Source: Bdellovibrionota bacterium (GTDB taxonomy: Bacteria > Bdellovibrionota_C > UBA2361 > OMII01). From it: DNA of 30,824 nt. Both the position numbers and the translations under genes were made by a program. Shown here piece by piece: positions 1 through 10,248 of this stretch. The stretch lies in assembly GCA_044356215.1 (NCBI GenBank), contig JBIKWQ010000040.1, forward strand, positions 1 through 30,824, read 5' to 3'. Positions within the stretch are counted from its first letter, which is position 1. Each line of letters opens with the position of its first letter. The notes under the pieces are model-generated. The model did not search any database and had not been told where the DNA came from. It was given only the letters and a program-made list of their open reading frames with translations.

Positions 1-257
1 CTGAGCTAAGCGCCCGAAATCTTGTTCGTCATTCAACCCATTCGGGAGAGCTGAATGTCGTTTTGGTCTCAATGCTCGCTAGCTCGCATTGAGCGTTTGT
101 TAGGCGGCTACTACGGACCTTCGCTTCGCTACGTACCGTCTAAGCCACCTCATTCAGGTTGTAAGGCTGACGCCCCTCACACCCCAAAACACGGGCAACT
201 GAGCTAAGCGCCCGAAATCTTGTTCGTCATTCAACCCATTCGGGAGAGCTGAATGTC
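1..257. repeat. 59-bp exact direct repeat (1-59 and 199-257, period 198 bp) with a hairpin-rich spacer
   Basis: CTGAGCTAAGCGCCCGAAATCTTGTTCGTCATTCAACCCATTCGGGAGAGCTGAATGTC occurs twice. The unit contains a CATTCA..TGAATG stem and the spacer contains the hairpin CTCAATGC..GCATTGAG (68-93). The first copy may be truncated by the window edge. Confidence 0.9.
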
Positions 258-339
258 ATTTTCGTTTTCAGAAGCTAACTATTTTAGCTTCAGAAGTCAA
301 CACCGGCAAACCTGCCATAGGGCGTCATAGTTCTTTATC

Positions 340-425
340 ACCACAGAGGACGCAGAGGACACAGAGAACGGCCATTTTACGGGCAATTATGGAGTTTTCA
401 CTGTGTCCTCTGCGTCCTCCGTGGT
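340..425. repeat. 25-bp inverted repeat, MITE/REP-like palindromic element
   Basis: ACCACAGAGGACGCAGAGGACACAG (340-364) pairs with CTGTGTCCTCTGCGTCCTCCGTGGT (401-425) with one mismatch and a 36-nt loop. The arms are built from 9-nt CAGAGGAC(A/G) sub-repeats. Confidence 0.85.
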
Positions 426-507
426 AGAAATATTTCACTAATTATCCCAGTAGGTTGCCAAAAACACGGCGACGCCCTGAAATTGTTAATATTCTCGCAG
501 AACAAAG

Positions 508-608
508 TGCACCTACTCGTCCACGGCATCGCATAACGTCCAAATTTACACGTTTAACGTTTTCGTGCACGAGCAGTAGCAGGAGCAGCACAGGCCTTTA
601 CGTGCACG
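508..608. repeat. Degenerate palindromic element with CGTGCACG and GAGCAG sub-repeats
   Basis: 508-525 and 564-581 are inverted (14/18 match). The palindrome CGTGCACG occurs at 564-571 and 601-608, flanking GAGCAGTAGCAGGAGCAGCA. Confidence 0.45.
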
Positions 609-652
609 CCTGCCACATGCAAAGCCTATTTAGGGATTGATCCCACTCTTGC

Positions 653-3112
653 CTAGTGCGCTACAATCCCGGTGTTCTGCTTCTCTTCGCGAGCTTCTCC
701 GTCACCACGCTCCTCTTTCTTTTTCTCGTCAGCGTAGAGCAATTCATCGCGGACCTTCTTGTTATCGAGCATGATAGAGAAATCATTCACGCTACGACAA
801 CGCAGAGCCTCAAAGAGCACCTCGTCTACGTGCGACACAGGAACCAGCTCTAGCTCGTTACGAACTGTAGCTGGGATCTCCTCAATATCGTTCTCATTAT
901 CTTTCGGGAAGAGCACGCGCTTAATTCCGCCTCGGTGAGCGGCCAAAGCTTTCTCTTTCAAGCCACCGATCGGAAGCACGTTACCACGGAGAGTGATCTC
1001 TCCCGTCATCGCGATATGCTTATCGATCGGAATACCCGTCAAAGCGGATACGATCGATGTTGCCATCGTGATACCCGCGGAAGGACCATCCTTCGGGATA
1101 GCGCCCTCTGGAACGTGCACGTGGATATCAACTTTATCGTAAAAGTATCGCGGCAATCCAAACACAGATGCCCTAGAACGTACGTAGCTGAGCGCCGCCC
1201 TAGCGGACTCCTGCATCACGTCACCGAGCTTACCAGTGATCTGCAAACGACCTCTTCCGGGCAGAACTGTGGTCTCTATCACCAGCAACTCTCCACCCTT
1301 GTCAGTCCATGCCAACCCTGTTGCGAGTCCAACCTGATCAAGGTCCTCTGACTTTCCGAATCTAAACTTTGGTTGTCCGAGGAACTTCGGCAGATTATCC
1401 GCCGTGATATGCACCAATGTCTCTTGCCCCTTCTCCACCACCTCAATAGCCGCTTTACGACAAAGAGTGGCGATATTTCGCTCAAGATTACGAACACCTG
1501 CCTCGCGTGTGTAGCGATTAATGATATCAGAGTAAACTATATCATCTACCTTTACGTTCTCCGGCTTTAGTCCGTTCTCGCCGAGCTGTTTCTCTAGGAG
1601 ATACTTCTTACAGATAGCTATCTTCTCAAGCTCTGTGTAACCAGAGAGCCTGATGATCTCCATACGATCCATCAACGGTCCAGGGATCGTGTGCAACGAG
1701 TTAGCTGTGGTAATGAACATCACCTTAGATAGATCGTAATCGCAATCAAGGTAGTGATCATTGAAGCTATCGTTCTGCTCTGGATCTAGAACTTCAAGGA
1801 GAGCCGAAGATGGGTCACCTCTAAAGTCAGTAGACATCTTGTCAACCTCATCGAGCAGGAACACTGGATTGCTAGTTCCAGCCTTCTTGAGGGACTGGAT
1901 TATCTTACCAGGTAATGCTCCGATGTATGTTCTTCTGTGACCGCGAATCTCTGCCTCGTCACGCACTCCTCCGAGAGCTACCCGGACAAACTCTCGCCCT
2001 GTCGACTTGGCAATAGACTTGCCAAGAGAGGTCTTTCCTACTCCTGGGGGTCCCACTAGACACAGGATCGGTCCGCGCATCTTGCCGACTAATTTCTGCA
2101 CCGCCAGATACTCAAGGATACGCTCTTTAACCTTCTCAAGGCCGTAGTGATCCTCATCTAAAACATCGCGCGCCTTATCGATCTCAATTCCTTCCTTCGA
2201 ACATTCGTTCCACGGAAGAGCCAGCATCCAATCTACGTAGTTACGGACTACTGTAGCTTCCGCCGACATCGGCGACATCATCTTTAGCTTGCGAATCTCC
2301 TTCTCGGTCTTCTCGCGAGCATCCTCAGGCATATCTTTAGCCTTAAACTTATCTTCAAGCTCCTGGATCTCATTTCTGAAGTCGTCCTTCTCTCCAAGCT
2401 CTTTCTGAATCGCGCGCATCTGCTCGTTTAGATAGTACTCTTTCTGAGTCTTCTCCATCTGCTTCTTCACGCGGCTGCGAATTCTCTTCTCTACTTGAAG
2501 GATCTCGATCTCAGACTTCATGTGTCCCAAGATCTTCTCAAGCCTCTCATGCGGCTCGATCGTCTCCAATATCTCTTGCTTATCCTCAAGCTTGATATTT
2601 AGCTGCACCACGATAGCGTCAGCTAGTCTTGAAGGATCCTCGATCGCGTTGACCTGCATGATCATCTCAGGATTAACCTTCTTCCCGAGCTTCACGTAGT
2701 TCTCGAATGTCATATTTACCGAGCGCATAAGAGCTTTTAGCTCTGTGGATACCTCTAGATTAGGAAGTATCTCCTCGACATCGACCAACATGAAATCATC
2801 TTCGCGCACGAATTTCTTTACGCGCGCGCGACATTTTCCCTCCACGAGAACTTTGATTGGCCCATCAGCCAATCTAATTAACTGAACGACCTCACCTAAA
2901 GTTCCGGTAGTATAAATATCCTTAGGTCCTGGATTGCTCGTGCGCGCGTCCTTCTGCGCCGCTAGGAATATGTATTTACCTTCGCGTTGAGATTCCTCAA
3001 TCGCTCGAACACTCTTCTCGCGACCAACGAACAGGGGCACAACCTGCTGCGGGAAAACTACTAATTCACGGAGTGGGAGAAGTGGAATTGGGTTTGTAAT
3101 AGGTGGCTTCAT
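653..3112 (-). CDS. lon: ATP-dependent Lon protease (endopeptidase La)
   Basis: N-terminal [12 protein letters not shown], Walker [10 protein letters not shown], Walker [19 protein letters not shown], catalytic PKDGPSAG and GLKEK; lies downstream of clpX. Confidence 0.98.
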   Translation of the reverse strand: MKPPITNPIPLLPLRELVVFPQQVVPLFVGREKSVRAIEESQREGKYIFLAAQKDARTSNPGPKDIYTTGTLGEVVQLIRLADGPIKVLVEGKCRARVKKFVREDDFMLVDVEEILPNLEVSTELKALMRSVNMTFENYVKLGKKVNPEMIMQVNAIEDPSRLADAIVVQLNIKLEDKQEILETIEPHERLEKILGHMKSEIEILQVEKRIRSRVKKQMEKTQKEYYLNEQMRAIQKELGEKDDFRNEIQELEDKFKAKDMPEDAREKTEKEIRKLKMMSPMSAEATVVRNYVDWMLALPWNECSKEGIEIDKARDVLDEDHYGLEKVKERILEYLAVQKLVGKMRGPILCLVGPPGVGKTSLGKSIAKSTGREFVRVALGGVRDEAEIRGHRRTYIGALPGKIIQSLKKAGTSNPVFLLDEVDKMSTDFRGDPSSALLEVLDPEQNDSFNDHYLDCDYDLSKVMFITTANSLHTIPGPLMDRMEIIRLSGYTELEKIAICKKYLLEKQLGENGLKPENVKVDDIVYSDIINRYTREAGVRNLERNIATLCRKAAIEVVEKGQETLVHITADNLPKFLGQPKFRFGKSEDLDQVGLATGLAWTDKGGELLVIETTVLPGRGRLQITGKLGDVMQESARAALSYVRSRASVFGLPRYFYDKVDIHVHVPEGAIPKDGPSAGITMATSIVSALTGIPIDKHIAMTGEITLRGNVLPIGGLKEKALAAHRGGIKRVLFPKDNENDIEEIPATVRNELELVPVSHVDEVLFEALRCRSVNDFSIMLDNKKVRDELLYADEKKKEERGDGEAREEKQNTGIVAH

Positions 3113-3237
3113 TATCTTGTTTCTTTAGATTCTCTTAATTAGGTACCCAGATTTAAGCCCGCCTTACGGCGAACTTAACCATTTGTATTTACTACGTTGA
3201 TAGTAACACTCAATGCGGTGGGACACACCACATCTTT

Positions 3238-3259
3238 CAGCGAATTTTTTGATTCGCTG
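3238..3259. other. Hairpin in the clpX-lon intergenic region
   Basis: CAGCGAAT-tttttg-ATTCGCTG forms a perfect 8-bp stem; function unknown. Confidence 0.35.
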
Positions 3260-3407
3260 GGTACTACTACAATCTTACGTTTATGATGCTAACAGGCTAG
3301 GAAAAAAACCGGGAAAAAGCGGAGATCTATCAAGTATATTGAGAATTTGGTTTAAAGATCCGGCGCAAAACGCCGTTCTTATACGGTGTGGTAGATGAGT
3401 AATACGC

Positions 3408-4673
3408 TTACGCCGATTCAGCGTGCTGATAAACTATTAGCGGTTTCTCACCCTTTACGACTGTATCCTCAGATACTATCACCTCTTTAATATCAGGCTC
3501 AGATGGAACCTCATACATCACGTCTAGCATAATCGATTCCAAAATCGCCCGCAGACCTCTGGCACCAGCTTTACGCTCAATAGCCTGCTTCGCCACAGCC
3601 AACAAAGCCCCCTCTGAGAAGCGCAACTGAACGTTCTCCATATCGAAGAGTTTCTTGTACTGCTTCGTAAGGGCGTTCCTAGGCTCAACAAGAATCTTGA
3701 TTAGAGCTCCCTCATCTAGATCATCGAGAACAGCTATCATCGGCAAGCGACCTATAAACTCAGGTATTAGGCCGAACTTTAAGAGATCCTCAGGCTGAAC
3801 CTTGCTTAGCAAAGATCTCTTCTCTTCTTTTTTGAGTCTCTCCGCGTCGATATTCTTCGCGTGAGCTCCGAAGCCCAATTTCTTCTCTCCCACGCGGCGT
3901 CTAATGATATCCTCAAGTCCTACGAACGCTCCTCCGCAGACAAACAAGATATTGCTCGTATTAACCTGCAAGAACTCCTGCTGCGGATGCTTCCTGCCGC
4001 CTTTTGGTGGAACACTAGCGACTGTTCCCTCTAGCATCTTTAACAACGCCTGCTGAACACCCTCTCCTGATACATCGCGAGTGATTGATGGGTTCTCCGC
4101 CTTGCGCGATATCTTATCTATCTCATCGATATAAACGATTCCACGCTGCGCCTTTTCGACGTCGTAATCAGCGTTCTGGAGTAGATTAAGGATTATATTT
4201 TCAACGTCCTCTCCTACGTATCCAGCCTCAGTAAGGGTTGTAGCGTCTGTGATTGTAAACGGAACCTGTAGAATACGCGCCAACGTCTGCGCTAGTAGCG
4301 TCTTTCCAGTTCCTGTTGGCCCGATCAAAAGGATATTTGACTTAGAAAGCTCCACATCTCCGCCAAGAGTGCGAGCCTCGAGCCTCTTATAGTGATTGTG
4401 AACCGCTACTGATAGGGCGCGTTTGGCGAAATCCTGACCAACGACATACTGGTCCAAAAATGTTTTAATCTCCTTAGGCTTTGGGACTTTTGATGATGTC
4501 GGGGCCACAACATCTGTATCGACCTCCTCGCGAATGATCTCGTTGCAGAGCTCTATGCACTCGTCACAGATATAAACTGAGGGTCCAGCGATTAACTTGC
4601 GAACTTCCTCCTGGGAGCGGTTACAGAAAGAACAAACGAGTGTGCTCTTGTTTTTATCGCCAGTTTTGCTCAC
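3408..4673 (-). CDS. clpX: ATP-dependent Clp protease ATP-binding subunit ClpX
   Basis: C4 zinc finger CSFC..CDEC, Walker [13 protein letters not shown] pore loop, RKH loop, LGF docking loop; GTG start with AAGGGAG RBS. Confidence 0.98.
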   Translation of the reverse strand: MSKTGDKNKSTLVCSFCNRSQEEVRKLIAGPSVYICDECIELCNEIIREEVDTDVVAPTSSKVPKPKEIKTFLDQYVVGQDFAKRALSVAVHNHYKRLEARTLGGDVELSKSNILLIGPTGTGKTLLAQTLARILQVPFTITDATTLTEAGYVGEDVENIILNLLQNADYDVEKAQRGIVYIDEIDKISRKAENPSITRDVSGEGVQQALLKMLEGTVASVPPKGGRKHPQQEFLQVNTSNILFVCGGAFVGLEDIIRRRVGEKKLGFGAHAKNIDAERLKKEEKRSLLSKVQPEDLLKFGLIPEFIGRLPMIAVLDDLDEGALIKILVEPRNALTKQYKKLFDMENVQLRFSEGALLAVAKQAIERKAGARGLRAILESIMLDVMYEVPSEPDIKEVIVSEDTVVKGEKPLIVYQHAESA

Positions 4674-4785
4674 TTTACTTACTCCCTTTATTTAGAAATC
4701 TACAATTCTTACACACTCATTGTTCACGAGCACCAATCCGAGGCTCTCAGCCAAGCTGTTTCTATCTGAGGTTATGCTGTTTCTC

Positions 4786-4800
4786 GCGACAAATGTGCCA
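4786..4800 (-). promoter_or_regulatory. Putative sigma-54 (-24/-12) promoter for clpX
   Basis: Minus strand reads TGGCAC-ATTTG-TCGC versus consensus TGGCAC-N5-TTGC, with exact GG-N10-GC spacing, about 110 nt upstream of clpX. Confidence 0.5.
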
Positions 4801-4981
4801 CACCGGACACGAATAGTTATCCCTTAATCAGCGCGTCTATGCAACTTAACTTAAGCTCATAAATTGCGGCCATGGCGTTAGGCCGTGAATGCAACTTTTA
4901 GCGCTCTAATCAAATGGTTAGGGCAAAGGTGAAGACTCTCGTTGGCAAGGCTTTACTCCTCGCCCCCTAAGGCCCGCCTAA

Positions 4982-5587
4982 CTACTCCTTCTTAGCCTCT
5001 CCAGCCTCTCGGCGCTCAAAAACATCATCAATCAGACCATACTCCTTGGCCTGCGCGGATGTCATGAAGAAATCGCGATCACTATCCGCCTCTACCTGCT
5101 TTAGAGGCTTACCAGCGTGGTGCGCTAAAATCCGAGTTAGCTCCTGTTTAACTCGCAACATTTCCTTGGCGTGTATCTCAACGTCTGAAGCTTGGCCGCT
5201 GAAACCTCCTAGCGGTTGATGGATCATAATTCGCGAGTGAGGCAGCGCCGAGCGCTTACCTTTGGCTCCTCCAGCTAACAACACCGCCCCCATACTGGCT
5301 GCCTGCCCAACGCATACGGTCGCCACATCAGGCCGGATGTATTGCATCGTGTCGTAAATCGCCATACCCGCTGTCACTACTCCACCCGGGCTATTTATAT
5401 AGAGGTAGATATCCTTCTCTGGATCTTCGCTCTCGAGAAAAAGAAGCTGTGCGATAATGAGGTTAGCGACAACATCGTTTACATCAGTACCGAGAAATAT
5501 GATGCGCTCCTTTAATAGACGCGAATAAATATCGTACGAGCGCTCACCACGACCTGTCTGCTCAATTACAAATGGGATGTAAGCCAT
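4982..5587 (-). CDS. clpP: ATP-dependent Clp protease proteolytic subunit ClpP
   Basis: [32 protein letters not shown] (catalytic Ser), IMIHQP, DRDFFM. Start moved from the TTG at 5620 to the ATG at 5587, which follows GAAGGAA. Confidence 0.98.
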   Translation of the reverse strand: MAYIPFVIEQTGRGERSYDIYSRLLKERIIFLGTDVNDVVANLIIAQLLFLESEDPEKDIYLYINSPGGVVTAGMAIYDTMQYIRPDVATVCVGQAASMGAVLLAGGAKGKRSALPHSRIMIHQPLGGFSGQASDVEIHAKEMLRVKQELTRILAHHAGKPLKQVEADSDRDFFMTSAQAKEYGLIDDVFERREAGEAKKE

Positions 5588-5620
5588 AACCGATTCCTTC
5601 CGAAATAGTTCTATAAACAA

Positions 5621-6916
5621 TTACTTCTTAGCTTCTTTCGCGGCGACCTGCTTAACCTTCGTCCTGGCCATCAGCATGTCCATGATCTTAGTCCTTCGCA
5701 CCTCAGCTAGGAATCCTCCAACTCTGGATCGATCAAGAAGCGCCTTTGTAGCTACTTCAACTGTAACGTTGTGCTCCGCGGCTACCTTGGCGATCATTGC
5801 CTTGGTATCAGCTTCCTCAACTTTAACATCTTCTTGGGCTCCAATCCGATCAACGATGATCGCTGTTCTGATCCTCTTTACCGCTGATTCCTCAAAGAAT
5901 TTCCTAAACGGCTCAACATCGATATTCTCAGCTGATACATCTTTGCCAGCGAAGCCCATGCGTGCGATCATCTCGCGCATCTCATCATCTACTAGGCTAG
6001 GTGGTAGCTTGAACTCGTTCTCTTTGACTAACAGGTCCAACAGGGCCATCTGGGATGCTGATTTGAAGTCAGCCTCGGCGCGCTCAACTAGCTGATTCTT
6101 TAACTTTTCGCGCAGCGCGGCGAGAGATTCGACTTCCATCCCTACAGACTTAGCGAACTCGTCGTCTAACGTTGGCAACTGCTTTGAGTAGATCCCGTGG
6201 AGTACGACCTTATATGTAGCCTTCTTCCCTCGCATACCCTCGATCGGGTGCTCATCATCCGCGACGATCTCTATCTCCTTCTCCGCTTTTGTCTCGAGTC
6301 CCACTAACTGAGCCTCTACCTGCTTCGACAATCGACCAGAACCCACCTGGTCAACAAAAGGCTCAGCCTGAGAAAACTCTCCATCCTCAACCTTAATTGA
6401 CACAGACAATGCCGTGACATCACCTTCCTCTAGCTTGGTACGACCCTCAATAGGGTTAAGCTGAGCACGAGATTCAGCCAACTGGGTTAAGGCCTCTTCA
6501 ACATCCTTATCTCCAATATCCTTTTTCTCAACCTCAACTTCGCGATCAAAATATGAAGAGATCTTTGGCTCAGGAATGAGCTCAACAGTCGCGGCGAACT
6601 CTAGGTCACTCTGCGTAACCATCTCCTTAAGATCTATCTGCGGCTGACCAATCGTATTAAGCTTGAACTCATCGAAGGCGGATTGAAGACCCTCATTGAT
6701 CAACTTATTGGTTATATCAAATTTGATCCGGTCACCGAACAGCCTCTCCACCATCTGACGTGGCACTTTTCCCTGCCTGAAACCATCAACTCGCGCGGTG
6801 CGACCTAACTGCTTTACTGAGCTCTCGTACTCCTTGGTAACGCGCTCCTTGCCAACCACTACCGTGATCTTCTTGGTTACCTCGTCTATATCCTGAACTG
6901 ATGATTGAAAATCCAT
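5621..6916 (-). CDS. tig: Trigger factor
   Basis: Ribosome-binding signature GFRQGKVP, LPTLDDEFAK, 431 aa, canonical tig-clpP-clpX-lon synteny. Confidence 0.95.
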   Translation of the reverse strand: MDFQSSVQDIDEVTKKITVVVGKERVTKEYESSVKQLGRTARVDGFRQGKVPRQMVERLFGDRIKFDITNKLINEGLQSAFDEFKLNTIGQPQIDLKEMVTQSDLEFAATVELIPEPKISSYFDREVEVEKKDIGDKDVEEALTQLAESRAQLNPIEGRTKLEEGDVTALSVSIKVEDGEFSQAEPFVDQVGSGRLSKQVEAQLVGLETKAEKEIEIVADDEHPIEGMRGKKATYKVVLHGIYSKQLPTLDDEFAKSVGMEVESLAALREKLKNQLVERAEADFKSASQMALLDLLVKENEFKLPPSLVDDEMREMIARMGFAGKDVSAENIDVEPFRKFFEESAVKRIRTAIIVDRIGAQEDVKVEEADTKAMIAKVAAEHNVTVEVATKALLDRSRVGGFLAEVRRTKIMDMLMARTKVKQVAAKEAKK

Positions 6917-7080
6917 TCACTACTCCGTAATACAGGGCAAAATCCCATAAGGCCTAAGAGAATACGCTCAAATGCCCCCAAATGCCAACATCCAGAGTTA
7001 TAGGAAGTCGAAACTTTAGCCAGCTTCTTGCCCTGCGGCCAAGGATTATATATCCTGCCCCCTCTATTCGCAGACCCTAC

Positions 7081-7162
7081 GCGGGGGTGGTGGAATTGGC
7101 AGACACGCCAGACTTAGGATCTGGTGCCGCAAGGTTTGGGGGTTCAAGTCCCCCCTCCCGCA
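7081..7162 (+). tRNA. tRNA-Leu (anticodon TAG)
   Basis: Acceptor stem GCGGGGG/CTCCCGC plus discriminator A, D-loop TGGAATTGGCAGAC, anticodon arm CCAGA-CTTAGGA-TCTGG, long variable arm, T-loop GGTTCAAGTCC; CCA not encoded. Confidence 0.97.
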
Positions 7163-7259
7163 TTACTACTCATGGATTCTACGTATTCTTGCCCGCGTGG
7201 CGTGACTGTGATCTGCCTTGACCGTGATCTGGTTTGACTGCGACCTAGCTTAACCGGGA

Positions 7260-7826
7260 TTAGCGATACCTCATGGCTAGAAAATCCTCCAGCCCGCCAA
7301 CTCCCAGCCCCACATATTGAATAACAGAGCGGCCATCCATAAAAACCGCATAAGGGACATGTTTTCCCCTTAACGCTAGGAATGCTTCATCTTGTGTATC
7401 ATTGCCCGAAAAAACGTGGATTACCGTCGTCAGATCCTGTTCCCGAATTCTCTCCTTCACCACAGGAAGATCCTCGTTTCGGTCCAAGTTAACCGCGTAA
7501 AAATCTGTATCTCCACGGCTAGCGTAAGTTCTAGCGAGGTCCTCAAAATCAGCGATCACCCCACGTGAATGCGCGCACCAGGTTGCCCAGAATAAGACAA
7601 CCTGATTTCTACCGGACGGGTTCTTTAACGCCACATCCTCTCCGCTCAACAACATAAGCCGCCCATCGGGAACGGGTTGTCCCAATAGCTCCTGAGTATC
7701 AGGAGCGATAGTCGAGCATGAAACAAAGAGCGCCAAAAGCGGCACCGCCGCTAGCTTACCAAGGATTAATTGAGCGTCGAATTTCAAAATGGCTTGATTA
7801 ATCTTGAATAGACAGCCGGTAAACAT
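7260..7826 (-). CDS. TlpA/ResA-like thioredoxin-fold protein, probable lipoprotein, CxxS active site
   Basis: VVLFWATWCAHS motif, YAVNLD, cis-Pro region HVPYAVFMD, lipobox-like LFVSC. The true start may be further downstream. Confidence 0.8.
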   Translation of the reverse strand: MFTGCLFKINQAILKFDAQLILGKLAAVPLLALFVSCSTIAPDTQELLGQPVPDGRLMLLSGEDVALKNPSGRNQVVLFWATWCAHSRGVIADFEDLARTYASRGDTDFYAVNLDRNEDLPVVKERIREQDLTTVIHVFSGNDTQDEAFLALRGKHVPYAVFMDGRSVIQYVGLGVGGLEDFLAMRYR

Positions 7827-7865
7827 AACGAGACCCTCTTAAGCCAAAAAGAGTATCGGCCCTAT

Positions 7866-10196
7866 TCAATGATCAATCAAGCCCGCTTTGTTGATGGCAC
7901 TACTGCTCGAATCCGCCGAGAGCCACGCGGTGACACCAAGTCGCCCCTGAAAAAGCTCCTTTTCATAGACCTCTCGAACCTCCGGATCCTGCTCATTATC
8001 GTACATATCCCTAATCTTCTCCTTTGACGAAGTAATTCTTACTTGTTTCAGGAATGGCAACACTTCACGCCTCACCGCTGGATCGGAATGACTCAGGAGC
8101 TTAATCAGACGATCCGGATGAGTAACACCTCCATACACCCTCAGAAGAGCTCTAACAGCGCGGGGAGATCCATGGTCTATTAGGGTGGTGACTATCGTGC
8201 CGAATGACGGCTCTTCTCTCAGGTCGCGCAATCCATCGGCGATGAAGGGGTCCGTCTCGGCTGAGTTCAGGCCGAGTCCACCCACAATCTTAGCGTATCT
8301 CCAGAGCTCTTCATCCTGGGCACTCCTTAGGTATTCCAGAATAGGTCGCGGAGGAGCGTCGAAGACGGGCTGTAATATTAGTCCCTGAACAGCTCTGCTC
8401 ATTACCGCATGATCCGATGTCGCTAGAGATACCGCGTACAGGCACCGAAGAGCCAACGGGTCGTTCCATCCGACTATCGCGTTTACATCAGAGATTGAAG
8501 CCCCTTCCTTAGCCGCCTTAAAAAGAGCTTCGTAAGGTGGTGAACTCTCAGTTCTGGCTTCAGTCATCGTTTGGATAAAAATATCCTTGGGCCATGAAAC
8601 CAATTTTCGATCATAGATTGACTTCGCTAAGTATGGAATCACAGGGGTCCGTTTCCGCGAATGGGCCTGAAGCAACCACCATAGGCGGTCACTGGAGATC
8701 ATATCCTCCCTTCCCCAGAAGTGCGCGGCTTCAGTAGATAGACGCGTCTCAGCCGCTAAAAATAGGACCTCCGTATTTAAAGATTCTAAGTACGATCGTT
8801 CAGCTAAACCTGACGATACGATGTTAGAGATAAGCTGCTCTCGATACCTTTTCTCCCACTCTCCCCCGGCCTCGATAAATCCAGCTGATAGCACTGCTCG
8901 AGATTCATCATCACCCTTAGTGTAAACTTTAAATGTTAGCTCTCCACTCTCTTCATTAGCGTTCCTGTTGGCTAGATATTTGAGCAATCCAGCTAGCTCT
9001 CCACTGAGATGGCCGATAGTCTTCGCTGATTCCCTCAAACTATCAATTGTGCTCCCACCAACAGGGACATATTTTTCCCGTGCCTCTTTTAATTGATTGA
9101 GGATGTCGACCAATTCCTTAGAAGCGTCCTCAACCGACTGACGCTCGCGTTCATCTTGAATATTGTCCACCACCTCTCGTTCTGGATTTGATTTTCCTGA
9201 ATTGAGAACCTGCTCCAATATAAATGGCATCATCAGCACCAACGCTAACGTGAACAGGATCCCTTTTACAATCTTAGACTCCGCTATCTGATCGAACTGT
9301 CGTCTAAGTCTCTCTGCGGCCGAGAGCTGCAGCTCGCGTAGTTGATCAAAGGTGAGTGGTCGTTCCTCTCCTGGACCCAGAACCGCACCTCGCTTAGCTG
9401 ATCTCTGTTGTAACAGCCACTCACCCTCACCAACCTCAATCGACTTAAGCAACTCTTTAGCGTCGCGGCAAAGGGTGTGATTCGGGTCCTTGGCGATCGT
9501 CGCGAGCACTGAAAAAACCCACGGGGGAGAATCATCCGGTATCTGCTCAATGCATTCCTCAATTTGATCAGCTTGCACTTCACTCGAGCCAAACTTCGCG
9601 CCGAATAGCTCTAACCCTAAAATCGCTAACGCGAAAACGTCCGCGGCCGCCGAGGGCTTTCCTGGGTGCTTATCACCTCCGCGGATATACCGCCTAGATT
9701 CCTGCGAAATATTCATAAGGGAGGAACTCTCAAATCCTCCGAGAAATCCAACGAACTCCACCTCCCCAGACTCAGCTAAAACAAAAGACGCGGTGGATAT
9801 ATTACCACAAGATACTGACTTGCTGTGTAGACGTGAGATGAGCGCGAGGCACCTTAAGTATCTATTTCTAAGAATGACCGGCGAAGAACGATCAGAAGCG
9901 ATGCTTTTTCCGACAGTGTCCGGAAGGGCAACAAAAGCGTACCCCTCTGAATCGACGCCAAAATCGGCGTCCTGTATTTTAATAATCTTTAAGAGTCGCT
10001 CAGAGTGCTCGTGAAATCGCCTCCGTTGCTCTTCAGATAGCCGTTCACGCGAGAGCCACACTAAGGCTTCGTCCTTTTCATCCGAGCTCTTTGAATGGTA
10101 GCTGCCACCTTGAATGACAGACCCAATATCCCAGGCGCGCGGCCACGCCTCTCGAGTTGGCCCAACAGATTTCACTATCTTCGCCGCTCGAGCCAT
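7866..10196 (-). CDS. Membrane protein with N-terminal degenerate protein-kinase-like domain, central TM helix and C-terminal HEAT-like helical repeats
   Basis: LHSKSVSCGNISTASFVL aligns with the LH...HRDLKPxN region and AADVFALAIL with subdomain IX. TM segment GILFTLALVLMMPFIL; HEAT-like LIKLLSHSDPAVRREVL and EQDPEVRE. Confidence 0.65.
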   Translation of the reverse strand: MARAAKIVKSVGPTREAWPRAWDIGSVIQGGSYHSKSSDEKDEALVWLSRERLSEEQRRRFHEHSERLLKIIKIQDADFGVDSEGYAFVALPDTVGKSIASDRSSPVILRNRYLRCLALISRLHSKSVSCGNISTASFVLAESGEVEFVGFLGGFESSSLMNISQESRRYIRGGDKHPGKPSAAADVFALAILGLELFGAKFGSSEVQADQIEECIEQIPDDSPPWVFSVLATIAKDPNHTLCRDAKELLKSIEVGEGEWLLQQRSAKRGAVLGPGEERPLTFDQLRELQLSAAERLRRQFDQIAESKIVKGILFTLALVLMMPFILEQVLNSGKSNPEREVVDNIQDERERQSVEDASKELVDILNQLKEAREKYVPVGGSTIDSLRESAKTIGHLSGELAGLLKYLANRNANEESGELTFKVYTKGDDESRAVLSAGFIEAGGEWEKRYREQLISNIVSSGLAERSYLESLNTEVLFLAAETRLSTEAAHFWGREDMISSDRLWWLLQAHSRKRTPVIPYLAKSIYDRKLVSWPKDIFIQTMTEARTESSPPYEALFKAAKEGASISDVNAIVGWNDPLALRCLYAVSLATSDHAVMSRAVQGLILQPVFDAPPRPILEYLRSAQDEELWRYAKIVGGLGLNSAETDPFIADGLRDLREEPSFGTIVTTLIDHGSPRAVRALLRVYGGVTHPDRLIKLLSHSDPAVRREVLPFLKQVRITSSKEKIRDMYDNEQDPEVREVYEKELFQGRLGVTAWLSADSSSSAINKAGLIDH

Positions 10197-10248
10197 TTTT
10201 GGTACGTTACCGCCCTCCTAATCCGAAATCCCTTACAACGACTACGAT

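Noticed and set aside
1..257. CRISPR array
   Set aside because: Only two copies, the 59-bp repeat and 139-bp spacer are outside CRISPR size ranges, and no cas genes are in the window.
455..640. 61-aa ORF on the plus strand
   Set aside because: TTG start, runs through palindromic repeats, no recognisable motif.
3203..3230. CIRCE (HrcA) operator upstream of lon
   Set aside because: Only a partial half-site (TAACACTC) with no matching inverted half at 9-nt spacing.
6982..7221. 79-aa ORF
   Set aside because: It overlaps the tRNA-Leu gene and is a spurious translation of it.
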